From positions 1 to 16,292 of the forward strand of contig NW_021825334.1 of NCBI RefSeq assembly GCF_006345805.1: DNA of 16,292 nucleotides. Direction: 5' to 3'. Position 1 is the stretch's first letter; each line of letters opens with the position of its first letter. This stretch comes from Octopus sinensis (taxonomy: Eukaryota). A program made the translations under genes and the position numbers. The notes under the pieces are model-generated. The model was not told the DNA's origin and searched no databases. It was given only the letters and a program-made list of their open reading frames with translations. Of this stretch, positions 8,913 to 16,292 are shown one piece after another.

Positions 8913-8919
8913 AATAATA

Positions 8920-9472
8920 TGAGGGTGAGTCAAAAAGTAATGCCATTTTGTTTAGGACAGTTATGATTACCAACACAGGAACATGTATCATACATCAAAA
9001 TGAAGCTGGTCTTCTGTGGATCACATCCCTATTTCTCAACATAGTCACCGTTTCTGTCAGTAGCAATGTTCCACCTTCGAATGAGAGCATGTATCCTGCC
9101 CTGTAAAATTCTGTTGACAGTTCTTTGAGCCACTTCTTCACTACAGTTTTCACTTCCTCGTCACTGGAATAACGTTTGCCTCTCAAACCCTCTTTCATGG
9201 GGCTGAAGAGATGATAGTCTGAAGGTGCTAAATCTGGTGAGTGTGGAGGTAGTGAAGAAGTGGCTCAAAGAAGTCAACAGAATTTTACGGGGCAGGGATA
9301 CATGCTCTCATTCGAAGGTGGAACATTGCTATTGAGAGAAACGGAGACTATGTTGAGAAGTAGGGATGTGATCCACAGAGGACCAGCTTCATTTTGATGT
9401 ATGATACATGTTCCTGTGTAGGTAATTATACCTGTCCGAAACAAAATGGCATTACTTTTTGACTCACCCTTG
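8920..9472. mobile_element. mariner-derived fold-back non-autonomous element (two 3' ends)
   Basis: TA-flanked (8918-8919, 9473-9474); TIR GAGGGTGAGTCAAAAAGTAATG. Arms 8920-9144 and 9249-9472 are inverted copies. Encodes PPHSPDLAPSDYHLF...KRYSSDEEVK...NGDYVEK*. Confidence 0.92.
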
Positions 9473-9481
9473 TAATAATAA

Positions 9482-9652
9482 TAATTTTTCTGCACATCGT
9501 TGCATTTTATATTCATTTTTGCTTAGGTTGTTTTTGTAATTTTTCTGCACATCATTGCACAACTTACACAAAAGTGAATATGAAGTGCAATGGTGTGCAG
9601 AAAAATTACTAAAGCAATATGCAAAAATGAATATAAAGTGCAATGATGTGCA
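9482..9652. repeat. ~170-bp palindromic MITE-like element within (TAA)n
   Basis: Arms 9491-9560 and 9585-9652 are inverted. The subunit TGCACATCRTTGCA occurs twice forward and twice reversed. Confidence 0.8.
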
Positions 9653-9887
9653 TAATAATAATAATAATAATAATAATAATTCTGTCATGTCTGGGGAGAG
9701 TAATTTTCTTTTTGTGCCTTAACACACTCACCAGTAAAATTTCCACTTATTTCTTATTTTTATTTTCCTTAATATGACACGACAAAATATGCTTCAATAC
9801 GCAAACTCACGTAAAGAATCTTGCAAACCAAATCCAAAAACGAATAATAATAATAATAATAATAATAAGATTTTAAAAATTGTTTTA

Positions 9888-10695
9888 ACTATGCTACATG
9901 ACAGTGAAAGATGGGCTGTGACTGCTGAGGATATGTGAGAGCTTGAAAGAAAGGAAGCTAGCATGTTCCACTGGATGTGTATGTACAACAGAGCAAGAGT
10001 GTCTTGAGAGAAAAATTAGGTAAAAGAGGCATCAGAAGTGGTGTGCAAGGAAGAAGACTGCAGCGAGCTGGCAGAAACGTTAGCACACTGGACAAAATGC
10101 TTAGAGGTATTTCGCCCGTCGCTACGTACTGAGTTCAAATTCCGCCAAGGTCGACTTTGCCTTTCATCCTTTCGGGGTCGATAAATTAAGTACCAGTTAC
10201 GCACTGGGGTTGATGTATTCGACTTAATCCGTTTGTTTGTCCTTGTTTGACCTCTCTGTGTCTAGCCCCTTGTGGGTAGTAAAGAAATAGGTATGGCTAT
10301 GTGATGTGTATGGATGAGGACCGGTGTGTAAAGAAGTGCTGATCTCTAATTGTGGTGGAAATGTGTGGAAGGTGTAGAGCCAAGAGAATATAGGACAAGA
10401 TGGTGAGAAAGTGTCTTTAGATGTTAGGCCTCAAAGAGGGGATGATAGGGGACTGAGCCTTTTGGTGGTTTGCTGTATTTGAAAAGACATGTCAACTTAA
10501 GTAAATATGTGTTTGTCCTTGCATACAGGCATGTCTCCTGCATCTCTCTTTAGCTGTGCGATCCTAAAAGGGCATCCAGTTGAAGAAGCCATCCCAAATC
10601 AGACTGGAGTCTGGTGCAGTTCCCCAGCTGGCCAGCTCTGGTCAAACCGTCCAACCCATGCTAGCATGGAAAACAGATGTTAAACGAGGATGATG
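9888..10695 (+). mobile_element. RTE-clade LINE 3' fragment (ORF C-terminus plus probable 3' UTR), interrupted by SINE A
   Basis: Degenerate translation MLHDSERWA..LERKEASMFHWMC..LREKLG..RRL/WYGYVMCM..GRCRAKR matches the RTE post-RT region (RRLRWxGHV, RGRP). Ends CAACCCATGCTAGCATGGAAAACAGATGTTAAACGAGGATGATG. Confidence 0.85.
10060..10289 (+). mobile_element. SINE family A monomer
   Basis: Full head (GCGAGCTGGCAGAAACGTTAGC) to tail AAAGAAATA; splits the LINE RRL|WYG motif. Confidence 0.92.
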
Positions 10696-10742
10696 CTAGA
10701 AATTCATTTGCGTGGAGTACCCTAGATCAGTGATGATAAATA

Positions 10743-11698
10743 CGCCAAATCACAAAAGAAACGCGATTTTTTCAAAAGTCATTTTTATGTGGTAAATTCT
10801 GAAAATGTATTTTTGGAATGTAAATGGAAAGAGGGTGTGGCATAGGAGGGGTGACTGCGACAGAGATTCATGTGTCATGGAGAGAGACACGTGGGGTGGT
10901 CAAAGCATCATAGTTTGGGATGCTATAGGCCTGAATTAGAGAATTAGGCCCCATGTGTTCCAAAAAGTTGGCACAGACAGATGAAATGATATCACAGCGC
11001 AGTGCTACATTGACTAGATCCTAAGACCTCATATTGTACCCTTCTTTGCGCATCACTATAGCCATGTGTTCCAGCAGTACAATTCTCCCTCCCACATGGC
11101 AAGGTTCAGCACAATATCAGAACCATGTGGGAGCTGGCTCTCACCCTGGATTTGAACTCAGTTGAACACCTATGGGGTGAAATCCAGAGATGGCTGAACC
11201 AGGTGGTTCCAAGGCCGACAACTCGTGGAATTGGAGGCAGCTTTCCTCAGAGTGTGAGCACAGGTACCAATGGCTTATGTGATCTGCTTCATACATTCCA
11301 TGTACCAACGATGTATGGCTGTTTTGAACATCCAGGGAGGGCATACACAGTATTGAACATGTCATGCCTTATAATTTCGGTATGCTGGATCTGCCCACTA
11401 CCAGAATACATGACAACGACCCATAGACTGTGGACAAAGTGCATCCAAGAAATTGACTTTATCTGAATATAAAATGAAATGATGTGCAGAAAAATCAAAA
11501 TTTATCTCTGACATAATGAAATTAAAACATATTTCACTGGCTGTGTGGTAAGTAGCTTGCTAACCAACCACGTGGTTCCGGGTTCAGTCTCACTGCGTGG
11601 CATCTTCGGCAAGTGTCTTCTACTATAGCCCCAGGCCGACCAATGCCTTGTGAGTGGATTTGGTAGATGGAAACTGAAAGAAGCCTGTCGTATATATG

Positions 11699-11731
<33 letters not shown>

Positions 11732-11971
11732 ATGTGTTTGTCCCCCTAGCATTGCTTGACAACCGATGCTGGTGTGTTTACGTCTCCATCACTTAGTGGT
11801 TCGGCAAAAGAGACCGATAGAATAAGTACTGGGCTTACAAAGAATAAGTCCCGGGGTCGATTTGCTCGACTAAAGGCGGTGCTCCAGCATGGCCGCAGTC
11901 AAATGACTGAAACAAGTACAAGAGTAAAAGAGAGAGTGACCCACGTCTCACATTTTTTTTGCGGTTCAGTG
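10743..11971 (+). mobile_element. Tc1-like DNA transposon, internally deleted, transposase pseudogene at about 10868-11356
   Basis: Motifs GGQSIIVW, VFQQYNSPSH, DLNSVEHLW and SMYQRCMAV..GGHTQY*. Degenerate TIRs at 10743-10766 and 11948-11971 (16/24 identical, all mismatches transitions). Confidence 0.85.
11538..11936 (+). mobile_element. SINE family B, young, inserted in the Tc1 3' region
   Basis: Highly similar to 15800-16219. Confidence 0.92.
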
Positions 11972-12156
11972 TTAGCTTCACTGTAGACCATGAAGTCTGT
12001 CTGCTTGTCATTGCGATGTAATATATTCAGGTTCAACAAACTACACGAATAAGGTCACTAAAACCTGGCAGGCATATTTACCTTCTGGTTCCCTTCACTC
12101 CTCTTGGTACTCTTGACCTAGTCGTTATTTGGCTATCATGGTAAGTTCCTACATTA

Positions 12157-12258
12157 ATGGTACACATGTCTGTGGAGTGCTCAGCCACTTGCACGTTAAT
12201 TTCACGAGCCAGCCGTTCCTTTAATCGGATCAACTTGAACCCTCATCATAACCAATGA
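12157..12258 (+). repeat. probable 3' fragment of a third SINE-like family
   Basis: GGAGTGCTCAGCCACTTGCACGTTAATTTCACGAGC resembles a repeat I recall from octopus DNA; single copy here, so not verifiable in the window. Confidence 0.35.
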
Positions 12259-12270
12259 TATACACCATGT

Positions 12271-12399
12271 GCTTCATCCAGTTTCTGTCTACCAAATCCA
12301 CTCACAAGGCCTTGGTCGACCCAAGGCTATAATAGAAAGCATTTGCCCAAGGTGCCATGCAGTGTGACTGAACCTGGAACCATGTGGTTGGGAAGCAAG
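12271..12399 (-). mobile_element. SINE family B 5' half fragment
   Basis: CTACCAAATCCACTCACAAGGC...GAACCATGTGGTTGGGAAGCAAG. Confidence 0.85.
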
Positions 12400-12480
12400 T
12401 TAGTGATTCTTCACTACATGATCATTGTTTGAACCTAATATTGTGTCATGTCTTGAAGAATAGATTAGCATTCTGACTCC

Positions 12481-12489
12481 ATCTATCTG

Positions 12490-12564
<75 letters not shown>

Positions 12565-12614
12565 ATCTATCTATTTATCCATCCATCTCTCTCTCTCTAT
12601 TTATCTACCTCTAC

Positions 12615-12649
<35 letters not shown>

Positions 12650-12771
12650 CCTACCTACCTACCTACCTACCTACCCACCCACCCACCCATCCATCCATCC
12701 ATCCATCCATCCATCCATCCATCCATCCATCCATCCATCCATCCATCCATCCATCCATCTATCTATCTATC

Positions 12772-12806
<35 letters not shown>

Positions 12807-12863
12807 CTATGTTATATATATATATATATATGTATGTATCTATGTTATATATATATATATATA
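12481..12863. repeat. compound tetranucleotide/(TA)n microsatellite
   Basis: (TATC)n, (TACC)n, (CACC)n, (CATC)n, (TATC)n, (TA)n in order. Confidence 0.95.
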
Positions 12864-13470
12864 TTTTTATTCTTTTACTTGTTTCAGTCATTTGACTCTG
12901 GCCTTTCTGGAGCACCACCTTAAAGGGTTTTAGTCAAAGAAATTGACCCCAGAACCTATTCTTTGTAAACTCAGTACTTATTCTATCGGTTTTCTTTTGC
13001 TGAACCACAAAGTGACAGGATGTAAACACCAGCATTGGTTGTCAAGTGATGGTTGGGGGACAAACGCACACACACACAGAGACACACACACATAAATATA
13101 TACATATATATATATATAATATATATATTATATATATATATTATATATATATATATATGTATGTATCTATGTTATATATATATATATATGTATGTATCTA
13201 TGTTATATATATATATATATTTTTATTCTTTTACTTGTTTCAGTCATTTGACTCTGGCCTTTCTGGAGCACCACCTTAAAGGGTTTTAGTCAAAGAAATT
13301 GACCCCAGAACCTATTCTTTGTAAACTCAGTACTTATTCTATCGGTTTTCTTTTGCTGAACCACAAAGTGACAGGATGTAAACACCAGCATTGGTTGTCA
13401 AGTGATGGTTGGGGGACAAACGCACACACACACAGAGACACACACACATAAATATATACATATATATATA

Positions 13471-13517
<47 letters not shown>

Positions 13518-13667
13518 TTCTTTCAGTTTCCATCTCCCAAATTCACTCACTCTTGAGACTTTAGTCAGCCCGAGGCTATAGTAGAAGACACTTGCTGAAG
13601 GTGCCACGCAGTGGGACTGAATCTTGAACCATGTGGTTGGGAATCTGGTTTACTACCACATGGCCAA
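12864..13667 (-). mobile_element. SINE family B with tandemly duplicated 3' half (356-bp period)
   Basis: About 12864-13110 is repeated at about 13220-13466, apparently identical; a single head lies at 13510-13667. Confidence 0.9.
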
Positions 13668-13686
13668 TGTATGTACACACATCTAG

Positions 13687-13851
13687 CTTCTTTCAGTTTC
13701 TATCTATCAGATCCACTCTCAAAGCTTTGGTTATTCCAGAGTGATAGTAAAAAAAACCTTTCCCAAGTTGCTGTGTAGTGGTACTGAACCCATGACCGTA
13801 CAGTCGGGGGCCTATTATCCAGCTTCCTAACCACACGGCCACATCTGCACT
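13687..13851 (-). mobile_element. SINE family B 5' half, old
   Basis: CTTCTTTCAGTTTC...CCACACGGCCACATCTGCAC, diverged. Confidence 0.75.
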
Positions 13852-14175
13852 TACATGCACAACAAGTTTACCAAATTCCTGTCCAGTTTTCTGCGATCCC
13901 TGACCCTTATTCCTCATTTGTTATCTTCAAGAATTTGACTCCCTTTGCAACCAGCTTCATAATTTGTGTATTATTTTTGCTTTTTTTTTTTTGTTCCTTT
14001 TTCTTTTCTCCCCCCCCCCCCGATCGAAATTCACCTCTGCAATTTTTGCTATTATTTCCTTATTCCATTCCGTTAGTTTGTTTCTTTGTTTGTTTATTGT
14101 CTTGGCATTTCAAGAATCATTCCTGCTTTTGCCCTCCTCCTTCCCTCCTCCCTCCACAACGCCGCCGTGTTATAG

Positions 14176-14187
14176 AATTTGGCAAAG
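14176..14187 (+). other. candidate 12-nt microexon (AATTTGGCAAAG)
   Basis: TAG acceptor after a ~58-nt AG-free pyrimidine tract containing TGC motifs; donor AAG|GTCAGT; second donor GAG|GTCAGT at 14241. Confidence 0.35.
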
Positions 14188-14454
14188 GTCAGTCTACGTT
14201 GTTGGACGGAGATGAGTGGGTGGCTGTATGTTTACCAGAGGTCAGTGCCGCGGTCAGCAGCATTGGGGGATATATATTGTTACTCGATTCCAGAACCGTT
14301 TTAAATCATTGATTTTTTCTTTTTTCTTTTTTGGTTTTTCTTTTTTCGTTCCAGCAACCAACTGGAATCGTCTTTGGATTGTTTTTTGGCAAAGAGTCTG
14401 TCTGATTTCCTTTCTCTGATCGAGATAATTATAGTCACCTAATCCACCAAACAT

Positions 14455-14481
14455 GTAGACATACATACACACATGCATATA

Positions 14482-14514
<33 letters not shown>

Positions 14515-14608
14515 ACCCATGCATCTATTTCCTTATCTGTCTTTCTCTCCTTACCCCCTCTCTCTGCATCATACAAGCACATACACATATGTACATATAC
14601 ACGCACAC

Positions 14609-14640
<32 letters not shown>

Positions 14641-14834
14641 CAATACATACGTACATAGATTTGTATGTATGTGTGTGTATATATATATAATATATATATA
14701 TAGATACATACACACATGTACATATACACATGTATGTATACATACAAACATGTATATTTGCACATGTATATAAATACATGCACATATGTATATATATTGT
14801 ACACGCGTATATATATTTATCACACATGCACATA

Positions 14835-14905
<71 letters not shown>

Positions 14906-14907
14906 TA
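14455..14907. repeat. compound (TG)n/(CA)n/(TA)n microsatellite
   Basis: Directly visible. Confidence 0.95.
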
Positions 14908-15132
14908 GGCGAGCTGGTAGAAACGTTAGCAACGCCGGGCAAAATTCGTAGCAGTATTTCGTCTGTCCGTTACGTTCCGAGTTCAAATTCCGCCGACGTC
15001 GACTTTGCCTTTCATCCTTTCGGGGTCGATAAATTAAGTACCAGTTACACACTGGGGTCGATGTAATCGACTTAATCCCTTTGTCTGTCCTTGTTTGTCC
15101 CCTCTATGTTTAGCCCCTTGTGGGTAGTAAAG

Positions 15133-15137
<5 letters not shown>
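14908..15137 (+). mobile_element. SINE family A monomer inserted in (TA)n
   Basis: Full head to tail, CpGs retained (young), (TA)n on both sides. Confidence 0.92.
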
Positions 15138-15165
<28 letters not shown>

Positions 15166-15248
15166 TATATATATATATATGGCACACACGTGTGTATATG
15201 TATATATATGCACACTCCTGTATGTATGTATGTATCTATCTATCTATA

Positions 15249-15280
<32 letters not shown>

Positions 15281-15344
15281 CTATCTATCTATCATCTATC
15301 TATCTATATATATATGAGAGAGAGAGAGAGGAGAAGGGCATTTC

Positions 15345-15402
15345 TACTGCTGAGTGAACTGGAAGTAATGTGAAATCAAGTGTCTTGCTCAAGAACACAA
15401 TT
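15345..15402 (-). repeat. SINE-like fragment
   Basis: Minus strand TTGTGTTCTTGAGCAAGACACTT resembles the post-tRNA segment of many metazoan SINEs. Confidence 0.45.
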
Positions 15403-15799
15403 TGTAAATAATGTAAATAATTCCTCATCTCTTAAATATAGAACTGTAGTATTCGGTATTGTTTGATTAACTAAGCTAACCATTAGTGAAGTAGTATCGG
15501 TAATTGTGGTTTACCCCCAGGTCAGTACTGATCAAACAGTTCTACCACAAAAGATGTTCCAGCTGTGACCATCCCAACTTTTATTAACACATTGTGTATC
15601 TAGTACTAAATTATCTCATGTATAGTATAATAGTTAGTATTATGGGTATAGTTGTTGTTTTAACTCCCAGTCAGTCATGGTCCATCAAACCTGTGATCAA
15701 AGATATTCCAGTCTTTATCTTTTAGTTTTTTATTAATATAGCCATAGTCTAGCTAGGCTTACATGATTAAACATGTCCATTTTAAAAAGAGAATATGTT

Positions 15800-16219
15800 G
15801 CGCAGGAGTGGCTGTGTGGTAAGTAGCTTGCTAACCAACCACATGGTTCCGGGTTCAGTCCCACTGCATGGCATCTTGGGCAAGTGTCTTCTGCTATAGC
15901 CCCGGGCCAACCAAAGCCTTGTGAGTGGATTTGGTAGACGGAAACTGAAAGAAGCCTGTCGTATATATGTGTATATATATATTATATGATGTGTGTGTGT
16001 TTCTGTGTCTGTGTTGTCCCCCTAGCATTGCTTGACAACCGATGCTGGTGTGCTTACGTCCCCGTCACTTAGCGGTTCGGCAAAAAGAGACCGATAGAAT
16101 AAGTACTGGGCTTACAAAGACTAAGTCCTGGGGTCGATTTGCTCGACTAAAGGCGGTGCTCCAGCATGGCCGCAGTCAAATGACTGAAACAAGTAAAAGA
16201 GTAAAGAGTAAAGAGAGAG
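15800..16219 (+). mobile_element. SINE family B, full length, young
   Basis: GCGCAGGAGTGGCTGTGTGG head, GGTTCAGTCCC B-box, (AAAGAGT)n tail. Confidence 0.93.
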
Positions 16220-16292
16220 TGTGACTTGCAGATTTGGTTATTTCCTGATCAAAACCTCACACAAATGCATTCACTGCTAGTATTGTAGTTTG

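Noticed and set aside
10281-10295. Apparent third SINE A multimer junction (AAATAGGTAT)
   Set aside because: GGTATGG is better explained as the resumed LINE W-Y-G codons.
14908-14995. Functional tRNA gene
   Set aside because: The tRNA-like head runs directly into the SINE body, lacks a proper acceptor stem, and is repeated with variation across the window.
16042-16224. Repeated small protein (also 4329-4592 and 11756-11986)
   Set aside because: The similarity simply reflects SINE B copies; SINEs are non-coding.

Overview
Eukaryotic, repeat-saturated, mostly non-coding DNA (intronic or intergenic). The repeat families suggest an octopus/coleoid cephalopod, which is inferred rather than proven. 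There is no intact protein-coding gene; nearly all ORFs in the track are translations of microsatellites, SINEs or decayed transposases. Contents: two tRNA-derived SINE families (A: 6 loci, including a trimer and a dimer; B: about 13 full or partial copies), a 400-bp non-autonomous Helitron, a rearranged mariner remnant, a 553-bp mariner fold-back made of two 3' ends, an internally deleted Tc1 element, the 3' end of an RTE-type LINE, and many compound microsatellites. The most interesting signals are a Penelope-type minimal hammerhead ribozyme motif (1051-1140), several long inverted repeats and template-switch scars that could form dsRNA, a candidate 12-nt microexon in a repeat-free island (14176-14187), and a CpG-containing island with paired RFX/X-box-like sites (about 3740-4070).
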